Below are positions 30,359-39,783 of a stretch of DNA of 64,000 nt, one piece after another. Every line of letters starts with the position of its first letter. The first letter of the stretch is position 1. Below the pieces are notes generated by a model. That model was not told the DNA's origin and searched no databases. It saw nothing but the letters and a program-made list of their open reading frames with translations. The stretch comes from an uncultured Caulobacterales bacterium (GTDB lineage: Bacteria; Pseudomonadota; Alphaproteobacteria; Caulobacterales; Maricaulaceae), in contig CALLBD010000006.1 in NCBI GenBank assembly GCA_938001915.1, forward strand, positions 7,963-71,962, written 5' to 3'. The translations under genes were made by a program, and so were the position numbers.

Positions 30359-33325
30359 ATGGTCAAAAGAACAGTCGATTCCGGCTTGAATAAAATGGCG
30401 ATGCTCAAGGGCTCGCTCTTACTAGGGGCTAGCGTCTCTATGCTCTCTATCGCACCTGCTGCATTTGCGCAGGACTCAGATGAAGGCGATGTCGTTATTG
30501 CAACAGGTATCCGTCAGGCGCTTGAGTCAGCTTTGATTGAGCAGCGGAACGCTGATAGCTTGATTGAAGTCATCCGCGCGGAAGATATTGGTAAGCTGCC
30601 AGACCAGAACTTGGCTGAAGTATTGGAAAACATTACGGGTATTCAGATCACGCGTACAGCCGGTATTGGTACAGGCGTTCAGATTCGGGGTACGGATGAT
30701 AACCGCGTCGAAATTAATGGTGTATCTACCGTTGGGTCTGGCTCTGGTCGCGGCGGCATTGGATTTGAAGATGTTAACGCATCAATTATCTCAGCTGTGG
30801 AAGTTATTAAGTCTCCAGAAGCGAGCACAACAGAAGGTTCTGTTGGTGGTACAATCAACCTCAGAACTATTCGTCCATTGGAACTAAAAGAGACCCTCGC
30901 GTCAATCAGAATCCAAGGGGAAGACAGCAGTCTTTCCACCGAAGGTATTCAGCCACGTTTTTCAGGCGCCTTGGGTAAAAAGTGGGAAAACGCTAGAGGT
31001 CAAGAGTTTGGCGTCGTCTTAAGCGGTAGTTACACGCAACAAGAAGCGGTTTCCTTCCGTCCACGGGCCGATAGAGATAATGTTGCCTCTCCTCCTGGCG
31101 CTAACCCTGCCGAATTCCTAGGCATTCAGTTCCTCGTGCAGGAGCAAGAGAACTTTGACTTCGAAACAATCAACCTTGCAGGTACTATTGAGGCTCGACC
31201 AACTGAAAACTTGAGATTTTATGTTGACGGTATTTATAATGACCAAGAGAGAGCGCAAGATTCCTACAGAATTCAGGCGTCTGGCGTCAGTTCACTTCGT
31301 CAACTTAGCATTCCAACGTCCTTTGAAACCGTCGACTTCGGCGTAGGTCCGGGAGAGTTCCCAGCGGCCTTAACTGGTACATTGGAGCCTGATCTTGCAA
31401 ATGATGACGATGATCCAAACTTGCGTTTCTCAAGTGATACGGGGGCCCGTGTCACCGATACGAGATTGATTAGCATTGGTGGTGAGTGGGAAAAAGGTGA
31501 CTTTACGGCCCGCGCAGAGGTGTCATCATCGACATCTGAAACTGTAAACCCGAATTTGAGTTCAACTCTTAACTTCATCAACCCAGCTTGTCCGCTTGAT
31601 GGCACGAGTAACGATAACTGCGTTCCGTTCATCTATGATTTGTCGAATGATACACTATCCTTCGGAATTAATTTCGACTCGCCATTCGCGCCAGAGGTTG
31701 CCGACCTAACTAATCCAAATAACGTTGTTTTGGACGACTTCCAAGTTGGGCGGAGCACGACTGATAATGAAGATAATGCGTTCCGCATAGATTTGTCTTA
31801 TGACGTATCCGAATTTGCGCCCTTTATCACGTCATTCGATGCGGGTTTCCGGCACAATAGCGCGTCCAGCGAGTTTGATGACTTGACGGACCGCGTAGGT
31901 GGTTTCAGCCGGATTGTTGATAGTCCGAACGGATCACTTTTTGCCGATATTCTTGTGGAAGGCCCAGATAACTTTGATGCAGCAGATGGCCGCGATTTAT
32001 TCGTAAGCGACTTCCTTCTCGTTGATCCGGACCTGGCTTTCTCCGACCCTCAGCGAGTCATTGATACGCTACAGGCTGCTGTAATCGCGCATGATCCGAC
32101 GCCAGATATTCTGAACGTTCAGTCAGATCAAAATGCGTTCTTCAGAGTCGAAGAAGACACCACAGCAATTTACGCGCAAGCGAATTTTGAGCATGGTATC
32201 GTCAAAGGTAATGTTGGTGCTCGTTGGGTTCAAACGGACATCGAATCTACAGCCTTTAGCCCGGACCTTGGTGGACCGCGTGAGCTGGTTACGACACGAG
32301 GAAGTTATGACTTCTTACTGCCGCGTGCAAACATTAGCATAACGCCGCGTGAAGATATCGTCCTGCGGGCGGCATATAGCCAAGATATCCTGCGCCCAGA
32401 TTTCAACCAACTGACCACCGGTTTCTCATTCAATGATAGTGAAAACTCAGCGGTCAGATTAGGTAATCCTGGTTTGGAGCCTGAAGACTTTGAGTCCTTT
32501 GATGTGTCTGCAGCTTGGTACTTCGCTCCATCTTCAGTCATTTCGGTCGGTTATTTCAACAAGAAACGGACGAATATTTTCGGCACTGATTTTGAAGGCG
32601 CGGAGATCATTAACGGACCAACTCCAGAAGGTTTTGTGACCACAGGCGGTTTCGCGCGTGACACTAACCCAGCCTGTTCAGGCGGCGGTATCTTTAACCC
32701 AGTTGTTGTACCTAACCAGCTTGGCGATCCGGATCGTTTGGGCCTTTGTGTCGATACGACAATGCCTGGCAATGATCCTGAGACTACAACACAAGAAGGT
32801 ATTGAGGTTGCGTTCCAGACTGATCTGTCGGCCTTCGAGGACACAATCGGTTTTGCTTCTGGCTTCGGTGTAATTGCAAACTACACCTATCAGGACTTCT
32901 CTGGTGGTTCTGCCGTAGATACGACATCAGGCCGCGGCTTGAACGTTCTTGGGGATGTTAGTATCCCAAGAGGTCTGCTGGACTTCTCTCCAAATGCGTA
33001 CAACCTGACAGGTTTCTATGAGAAATATGGTCTATCAGCGCGTGTCCGTTACACATGGCGCGAAGCTTTCCGCACGCAAGATTTTGGTGGCGGTGCGAAC
33101 ACGTCAGGTAGCTCAACATTTAGTTTCCCTGTGACGACCCTGTCACGCGGACAGTTGAATGCCAGCATCAATTATGATGTGACTGAAAACTTCAATATTG
33201 GCGTTGAGGCCGTTAACTTGACAGAAGCTAGAATTATCCAGCGCTGTGTTTCGGAAACAGGCCCAACATGTTTTGTTGGATATCCAGATCGCCGCATCAT
33301 CTTCGGTGGTAGCTATACATTCTAA
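30359..33325 (+). CDS. TonB-dependent receptor (glycan-uptake type)
   Basis: Signal peptide AFA, plug AEDIGKLPDQNLAE, terminal YTF. Confidence 0.95.
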   Translation: MVKRTVDSGLNKMAMLKGSLLLGASVSMLSIAPAAFAQDSDEGDVVIATGIRQALESALIEQRNADSLIEVIRAEDIGKLPDQNLAEVLENITGIQITRTAGIGTGVQIRGTDDNRVEINGVSTVGSGSGRGGIGFEDVNASIISAVEVIKSPEASTTEGSVGGTINLRTIRPLELKETLASIRIQGEDSSLSTEGIQPRFSGALGKKWENARGQEFGVVLSGSYTQQEAVSFRPRADRDNVASPPGANPAEFLGIQFLVQEQENFDFETINLAGTIEARPTENLRFYVDGIYNDQERAQDSYRIQASGVSSLRQLSIPTSFETVDFGVGPGEFPAALTGTLEPDLANDDDDPNLRFSSDTGARVTDTRLISIGGEWEKGDFTARAEVSSSTSETVNPNLSSTLNFINPACPLDGTSNDNCVPFIYDLSNDTLSFGINFDSPFAPEVADLTNPNNVVLDDFQVGRSTTDNEDNAFRIDLSYDVSEFAPFITSFDAGFRHNSASSEFDDLTDRVGGFSRIVDSPNGSLFADILVEGPDNFDAADGRDLFVSDFLLVDPDLAFSDPQRVIDTLQAAVIAHDPTPDILNVQSDQNAFFRVEEDTTAIYAQANFEHGIVKGNVGARWVQTDIESTAFSPDLGGPRELVTTRGSYDFLLPRANISITPREDIVLRAAYSQDILRPDFNQLTTGFSFNDSENSAVRLGNPGLEPEDFESFDVSAAWYFAPSSVISVGYFNKKRTNIFGTDFEGAEIINGPTPEGFVTTGGFARDTNPACSGGGIFNPVVVPNQLGDPDRLGLCVDTTMPGNDPETTTQEGIEVAFQTDLSAFEDTIGFASGFGVIANYTYQDFSGGSAVDTTSGRGLNVLGDVSIPRGLLDFSPNAYNLTGFYEKYGLSARVRYTWREAFRTQDFGGGANTSGSSTFSFPVTTLSRGQLNASINYDVTENFNIGVEAVNLTEARIIQRCVSETGPTCFVGYPDRRIIFGGSYTF

Positions 33326-33358
33326 GTATGAGGTCATAGACCGCATAAAAAAGTAAGT

Positions 33359-33387
33359 GACGCCTCGCATTTGCGGGGCGTTTTTTT
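33359..33387 (+). terminator. intrinsic terminator
   Basis: GACGCCTCGCA-TT-TGCGGGGCGTTTTTTT. Confidence 0.85.
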
Positions 33388-33555
33388 GCCTTAACGCTTT
33401 TTGCTGTACCACAGAATTTTTGGACTACATTTCCTTATGAAGATAAGTGCGCCAAAAGTGCTATTTCGAAGGATCCTTCAAACCACATCAAATGTTCCAT
33501 TAATGGGTTGGGCCAATCCTGGATGTTGCAGGGTTTTCAGGACTCAAGCCTTTAA

Positions 33556-33597
33556 GCCTCTACGCCTCTACGCCTCTACGCCCCTACGCCTCTACGC
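33556..33597. repeat. 8-bp minisatellite (GCCTCTAC) x ~5
   Basis: GCCTCTAC x3, GCCCCTAC, GCCTCTAC, GC. Confidence 0.92.
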
Positions 33598-34011
33598 TAT
33601 TGAACCTATATAATCCCCTGAAGTTTGCCGGCTCAGAGGCACAGCGACGGCGCTATTTACTCGGTAAAATTTGCTTCCATGTCTGAGATGGGAGACTATT
33701 TCTACTTTTCTCTGCCGCTCTCAGCTGCGTAGACTCTTGGGCCGCCCATCTTTGGCAAAACTAGCTGTCAGTCACGCGTTATTTTTTAGCCTATTGCATG
33801 TCGCATGGAATCTGCGTCTTGGTTTCCTAGGTTTTAGGGGATAACGCGTGTAATTCACTCGGCGATAGCCCCGGCGTCCCGCGGTATGAGGTCAATGGCC
33901 AAAGAGGGAAGTTTCGGCGCTATACGCCTTATTCCGGAATGGGAGTTACGACGCGGAATATGACGCCTTTTGTTCACGCGCCAATGTCCCGGTTGAATTT
34001 GCGACGCGGCC

Positions 34012-34041
34012 AAAAAAAAAGAGCCCGATAAATCGGGCTCT
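34012..34041 (-). terminator. intrinsic terminator
   Basis: AGAGCCCGAT-TT-ATCGGGCTC followed by T9 on minus strand. Confidence 0.85.
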
Positions 34042-34065
34042 AAAACTTCAATATTTTGGATCAAG

Positions 34066-34947
34066 CTATTTTTTCAAATCGACAAAATAATCGAAAATCT
34101 CAGGCACGTTCCCGTCGCCCATACCGGCATCAACCGCAGCTTGAAGGCTCTTAGATGTCGCCTCTGCGACAAGCGATTTTGATCCGAGGTCAGAGACCAT
34201 CTGAGCAAAATAACCTAAATCCTTATTCGCATTATTTATAGAAAACCCGAGGTCGCTGACACCGTCTACTGCGTAGTTTTTACAGAACTTCATAAAGGGT
34301 GAGTTGGACGGCCCCGATGACATGATGTCATAAAGCTGTTGACCATCGACCCCCGCAAGTTTCGCGGCTGCGAAAGCTTGTGACATGGCTGTCACTGTCG
34401 TCATGCCCATAAAATTATTAATTAATTTCGTGACATGACCCGACCCAAGCTTGCCAAGATAGAAAACATTCTCGCCTTGTTCCTTAAGCATATACTCATA
34501 TTTATCAAAGGTAGCTTTGTCGCCAGCCGCCATAATATTCAACAAGCCATCTTTAGCATGTGCAGGTGTACGGCCAAGCGGGGCATCAATCATACCAACG
34601 CCTTTTTTCGCGAGGTCCGCGCCAATTTTTTGTGTGGAGGCCGGAATAGATGTTCCAAAGTCAATGAGGACTGACCCTTCTTTTATCCCGGCTAAAACCC
34701 CGTTCTCGCCGTAAACAATTTTTTCAACGACGGCAGATGTGGTGAGGCAAAACTGAACAATGTCACTTTTCTCCGCGAGCTCTTTTGGCGTTTTGGCCTG
34801 AGACGCATTTCCGCGGGCCAATACTTTATCTACGGCCTCCTGATTAAGGTCCATAACGATGACTTCAAAGCCGCGCTTTTGCAGGTTTTCGACCATATTG
34901 CCGCCCATAAGGCCAAGACCGATAAAACCAATTGTTGGTTTCGACAT
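34066..34947 (-). CDS. beta-hydroxyacid dehydrogenase family NAD(P)-dependent oxidoreductase
   Basis: GFIGLGLMG, DAPLG, catalytic KLINN, KDL. Confidence 0.9.
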   Translation of the reverse strand: MSKPTIGFIGLGLMGGNMVENLQKRGFEVIVMDLNQEAVDKVLARGNASQAKTPKELAEKSDIVQFCLTTSAVVEKIVYGENGVLAGIKEGSVLIDFGTSIPASTQKIGADLAKKGVGMIDAPLGRTPAHAKDGLLNIMAAGDKATFDKYEYMLKEQGENVFYLGKLGSGHVTKLINNFMGMTTVTAMSQAFAAAKLAGVDGQQLYDIMSSGPSNSPFMKFCKNYAVDGVSDLGFSINNANKDLGYFAQMVSDLGSKSLVAEATSKSLQAAVDAGMGDGNVPEIFDYFVDLKK

Positions 34948-35299
34948 ATTTTTTCTCCAAAAAATTGGTATATAAAGTGGCCATATCCGAATGAACCAAA
35001 CTTACGTTGCTCTCTATACCAATCTAAATCCTAGATAAAGATAGAAAATGGAATTGTAACAAGCCTCAATTTCTGGGTCGGAGAAATCTTTATAAATTTT
35101 TTGATTTCGTCCAAAATATTGTTTTATTTTGAATTTATATCAACAGGCCTCCTTAAAACATAGGCGTTTTTGGGCAAATAAAAGGGACATTGACCTTTGT
35201 GTCTACACATGGTCGTAGGAGACCTTCTGTCTAAATGGGCCTCCTCATTTTCCGTGTAGCATCGCATGATGGTTGAGGGTTCTGACCTTAAAACCGGTG

Positions 35300-35393
35300 A
35301 CCGGTCATACCAATATGGACAATTGGTATGATTTAGACTTGACTGGCACTTACCTATTGGTCCACACCAAAGGTAACTAAAAAATATACCAAT
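35300..35393. promoter_or_regulatory. cluster of FadR/GntR-type sites
   Basis: GGTCATACCAAT, ATTGGTATG, ATTGGTCCACACCAA, TATACCAAT. Confidence 0.7.
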
Positions 35394-35426
35394 AATACTG
35401 TGCACATCATAAAAGGGGAATTTTAG

Positions 35427-38400
35427 ATGGCAAACCGTACCTTAAGCTGTGGGCAACGCTCGCATATTCAATTGGGACTCAAGAGAACCTTCGCGGCTTC
35501 AACCTCCGTTTTAGCTCTAAGTTTACTGGCTCAGCCCGTTGCTGCACAAACGGCGTCGGCGGACGAGATTGTCGTCACGGGTTCGCGTCAAGTGATTCAA
35601 GATGCGATCGCCCTAAAAAGAGATAATGCACAAATCGTCGACGGCCTATCGGCTGACGAAATCGGCGATATCCCAGCGCTTTCAATTGGTGAGGCGCTTG
35701 AGAACATTACGGGCGTTGCCTCGCATCGCGAAAATGGCGGGGCGACGGAAGTCTCTATTCGGGGTCTTGGGCCGTTTTTGTCCTCAACTGTTGTAAATGG
35801 GCGTGCTGCCACAAACGGGTCGGGTGATCGTTCTGTTAACTTTTCTCAATTCCCGTCCGAATTAGTCAACAAGCTGGCTGTCTTTAAGACACAGGACGCA
35901 ACGCAAATTGAAGGGGGCGTTGCCGGGCAGATCCAAATCGAAACGATTAAGCCTTTAGATTTTGGTAAACGACGCGTGCAATTCGACGTTAAGGGGAACG
36001 TGAACCCGGACCAACTCAAGCAAGATGACACCGAAGCGGGTGATTTCGGGTACCGTTTGACGGGTAGCTATACCGATCAATTCGAGGTTGGCGGCGGCGA
36101 TATTGGGTTCTCAGTCGGCGCTCAGTTCAGTGACATTTCTCAGCCAGAGGCTGAAAGCCGGCAAACCGGCGTTACGAGTAACTCTCGTCCGGCATGTGTC
36201 ATCTCTAACGGGTTGGCCCGATTCACAGATCAGACAAACGGCGGAACCTTCACAGGGTTCTCAAACAACCCAGAAACGACGGACCGAGGGGATGATGATT
36301 GTGATGATTTCAACGATCGTCGTAATGCTGAGAATTTGGATACACGCGGCTCTGATACCGAAGGGTTCGATACAGCGATAAACGCGAATGGACTTCGAGT
36401 GGATGGCGATGTGCCTTTTGTTTTCGCCCCATCGCAAAGGTCTTTCCGTCAAAATGACACGCGTGATAGACGTGATGCTATTTTCGGGGCGCTTCAGTTC
36501 CAGCCTAATGATCGTTGGGACATCAACCTTGATGCGCAGTGGTCGGAAAGAACCCAAACGGAACAGCGCAATGATTTAACTTTCAATGGGGGTCGACGCA
36601 ACGATACCTCTCTGAATATCGGGCCAGGGGGGAGTACAACAACTTTAGATTCTTTGCAGTTCACCAATACGGGCGCAATTCTTCGCTCAATCACTGATAA
36701 CTCTATCGAAATTGGTGGGGGGAATTGGCAGCGTGAAGAAACCTACACTGGCTTTGGCGCAAATGTAGAATTCCAAGTCACGGATCGCCTAACAGTCGAA
36801 GCTGATTACGGTTACTCAAACACCCGCCGTGAGGAAAATAATCAGGAATATCGTCTTCAGTCAGATATCTCTCCGGTTATAGAATTTGACCGCACCGAAG
36901 GTATTGTGCCTGTTTATCGTCTTTTCGATGAAGAGTTTGATGTAAATAATTTTGACAATTATGTTGATCGCCTGCGCGTACGTATCGACAATGACGTGGA
37001 GCGCGAAAATACAATCAACGCCTTCCGGTTTGATACAAATTACGATCTTGGAAATGGATTCTTTAAAGGCGTGACCGCTGGTTTCCGTTGGGCAGAGCAA
37101 ACCTATTTTGATGCAACCGGTGGTACGGGTGTGGATTCAGGCGACCCGTTAAGCACAGCTAATGGCCGTTTCTCTTTTGAAATTGAAAATGATGGCGAAT
37201 TGACGGTCAATAATCGTGAGGTTCTTGATGACAATAATGATAGTGGCGTTGCAGGAGCTCAACAGCAGCTCTTGGAGCAAGCGCTCGTTGGTATCATTGG
37301 CTCAACTCGTGACGCCTGCCGTACGGAGTTTCCAGAGGGGAACTCTTTCCTAAGCAGCGTGCGTGAGGGTGACTTGATTACGAATATTGCTGATGATGGC
37401 ACCGTGTTAAGTGCAACAAATTCATTTGCGACCTTGGACTCGGGATGTGTGGCGGAAACCTCGGTAAATTCTTTAAATAGTATATTGGACCAGATTAACG
37501 CCTATTCATTAAACCCTGATGCGCGTGAGAACTCCTTTGGTCAGGCTTTAAATGCATTCTCTGCCGCTATTCCTGGGGCTCAGGATAATTTGAATACTAT
37601 TGACGTGACCGAAACGACAACGGCGTTCTATCTTCAGACAAATTATGAGGCTGAGCTTGATGGTGTCTTGCCGATCTCGGGCCATCTGGGGGCTCGCATC
37701 GTCCGGACTACCGTCGACTCGGTTGGATTTAGGTCAGCGCTTAACGTTACGACAGACGATGAAGGTGGTGTGGCTTTGGCTTTTGCGCCCGGGCTTGAGC
37801 AGGTCTCAACGTCAAACAGCTACACGCGTATTCTACCAAGTGCGACTGCCATTCTGGAGGTTGCGGAGGATAAATTAGTGCGCCTAGGCGCCTTCCGTGC
37901 GATGTCCAGAGCCGATCCGGCTGACCTCGGTTTTGGCCGTGATATTGACGTCGGTGACGAAGATGATGCGCCCTTGTCAATTCAAGAGCTCATAAGCGGT
38001 ATTGGTGGTTCTGGTAACCCAGAGCTCGACCCGCTTATGTCTTGGAATTTCGATGCTGGTTTCGAATGGTATCCGAACGCCGACTCAATCTTTGCGGTTG
38101 GGGCATATTTCAAGCAGTTCCAGGGCGGCTTTAACAATGTTATTCAAGAGGAAACTTTTGAGTTTAACGGCGCAGAGGTTTTGGTTCCCGTTAGCGGTAT
38201 TCAACAAACCTCTGACAATAAGAGTAATCTATTCGGTGTAGAAGTTACTGCGGCACATGCATTTACTTACCTTCCGGGACTGCTGAGTGGTTTAGGTGCA
38301 AAATTGAGCTATAACTACGCTACGTCAGACTTTGAATTTGAGGACAGCCGTTATGGCGATATTTTCGTAGAGCAGCCCGACGGCTCGCTCGTGCAGACCA

Positions 38401-38747
38401 ATTCGGGCATTGTCGCACCCGCTAATTTGCCAGGTCTTTCAGAAAATGTCTTCTCCGGTGAAGTCTACTGGGGGCAAGGGCCGGTCGATCTCTCGGTTAG
38501 ATATAAGTACCGTGATAACTACTTCCAGCCATTTACATCAGATGGAACGCGTATTCGTTACGTCAACGATGTGGGTGTTTGGGAAGCGCGTGCGGCCTAT
38601 AAGATAAATGATAATTTCCGCCTTACGGCTGAAGCGATTAACATCTTTAGTGAGCCAAGATCCGACTCTGGTTTTGTTTTAGATGATGTCTACCTCGTAA
38701 ATGACTATGGTCCGCGTATCTTCTTTGGTCTCAGAGGCCGCTTCTAA
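35427..38747 (+). CDS. TonB-dependent receptor (probably alginate oligosaccharides)
   Basis: TonB box EIVVTG, plug ADEIGDIPALSIGEAL, terminal RGRF; adjacent lyases. Confidence 0.95.
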   Translation: MANRTLSCGQRSHIQLGLKRTFAASTSVLALSLLAQPVAAQTASADEIVVTGSRQVIQDAIALKRDNAQIVDGLSADEIGDIPALSIGEALENITGVASHRENGGATEVSIRGLGPFLSSTVVNGRAATNGSGDRSVNFSQFPSELVNKLAVFKTQDATQIEGGVAGQIQIETIKPLDFGKRRVQFDVKGNVNPDQLKQDDTEAGDFGYRLTGSYTDQFEVGGGDIGFSVGAQFSDISQPEAESRQTGVTSNSRPACVISNGLARFTDQTNGGTFTGFSNNPETTDRGDDDCDDFNDRRNAENLDTRGSDTEGFDTAINANGLRVDGDVPFVFAPSQRSFRQNDTRDRRDAIFGALQFQPNDRWDINLDAQWSERTQTEQRNDLTFNGGRRNDTSLNIGPGGSTTTLDSLQFTNTGAILRSITDNSIEIGGGNWQREETYTGFGANVEFQVTDRLTVEADYGYSNTRREENNQEYRLQSDISPVIEFDRTEGIVPVYRLFDEEFDVNNFDNYVDRLRVRIDNDVERENTINAFRFDTNYDLGNGFFKGVTAGFRWAEQTYFDATGGTGVDSGDPLSTANGRFSFEIENDGELTVNNREVLDDNNDSGVAGAQQQLLEQALVGIIGSTRDACRTEFPEGNSFLSSVREGDLITNIADDGTVLSATNSFATLDSGCVAETSVNSLNSILDQINAYSLNPDARENSFGQALNAFSAAIPGAQDNLNTIDVTETTTAFYLQTNYEAELDGVLPISGHLGARIVRTTVDSVGFRSALNVTTDDEGGVALAFAPGLEQVSTSNSYTRILPSATAILEVAEDKLVRLGAFRAMSRADPADLGFGRDIDVGDEDDAPLSIQELISGIGGSGNPELDPLMSWNFDAGFEWYPNADSIFAVGAYFKQFQGGFNNVIQEETFEFNGAEVLVPVSGIQQTSDNKSNLFGVEVTAAHAFTYLPGLLSGLGAKLSYNYATSDFEFEDSRYGDIFVEQPDGSLVQTNSGIVAPANLPGLSENVFSGEVYWGQGPVDLSVRYKYRDNYFQPFTSDGTRIRYVNDVGVWEARAAYKINDNFRLTAEAINIFSEPRSDSGFVLDDVYLVNDYGPRIFFGLRGRF

Positions 38748-38895
38748 AGAGCGCTCTCTGCCACTGGAGGGGGCGAGGTGTTTATCTATACCGATTTAAA
38801 AAAAAACGGTGTTTAAATTAGAATTGGTATAGACCTGAGCTTTCCCTTTCCTCATAAAGTCCCCGCAGGATTGCGGGGATGAAAGGGCCAATATA

Positions 38896-39642
38896 ATGTC
38901 AGACCAAAGACTTTATCATACTGTCGCGAATAAAATACTGGAGATGATTGACTCTGGCGTGTTTCCGCCTGGGTCACGTTTGCCGGGTGAGCGTGAACTC
39001 GCGAAACGGTTCGAGGTTAGCCGCGTGTCTATCCGCGAAGCCGAGATTGCCCTGCAGGCGCAAGGCCGAGTCGAGATTAAAGTCGGATCTGGCGTCTATG
39101 TGCTCGATCAAACAAATTTGCCGATTTATGGTTTGCCCAAAGTCGGACCTTTTGAACTGACTGAGGCAAGATGTTTATATGAAGGTGAGGCGGCAGCACT
39201 CGCGGCTACTATGATTACAGACCAAGATTTAGATCGCCTAGAGCATCTAATTGATGTCATGAATGAAACCGTCGAAGACGAGCTGACGCGTGAAGAGGCA
39301 GACGAGGAATTTCACCTCATCATCGCGCGGGCAACAAAAAATCACGCCATTCTTTTTGTTGTGGATAGTCTTTGGAAAATGCGGACAGAGGCGGCTCAGC
39401 TACAAAAGGTCTATGCCGAAGCCTGTGCCCGAGAAAACTCAAACAGAGACGATGAGCATCAAGCTATTTTGGACGCCTTGCGTCGCCGCGACTCTGGCGC
39501 CGCGCGCGCCGCTATGCGGGCGCATTTTTCAAGTTTGATTAATGTGCTTTTGAAGGACTCTGAAGAGCAAGCCTATAAGGAGCTGCAACGTCAAGTCTCG
39601 GAGAGCCGCTCACGATATATGATGTCACAACAGCTTTTGTAA
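38896..39642 (+). CDS. FadR/GntR family regulator
   Basis: GSRLPGERELAKRFEVSRVSIREA HTH plus FCD domain. Confidence 0.95.
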   Translation: MSDQRLYHTVANKILEMIDSGVFPPGSRLPGERELAKRFEVSRVSIREAEIALQAQGRVEIKVGSGVYVLDQTNLPIYGLPKVGPFELTEARCLYEGEAAALAATMITDQDLDRLEHLIDVMNETVEDELTREEADEEFHLIIARATKNHAILFVVDSLWKMRTEAAQLQKVYAEACARENSNRDDEHQAILDALRRRDSGAARAAMRAHFSSLINVLLKDSEEQAYKELQRQVSESRSRYMMSQQLL

Positions 39643-39783
39643 CTTTTTGGTGAAATTAGACCAATTGTCGAAATTGGTCTGAATAACTGGTTGACAGGTC
39701 TGGTTCACGTCGTGCTTAACATATTAACAAATGCCGCGCGCGAGATGATGATGCGGCAGTTCTGTGAAGACAGGGGATTGATT

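Noticed and set aside
33556-33597. CRISPR array
   Set aside because: 8-bp tandem units with no spacers; no cas genes anywhere in the window
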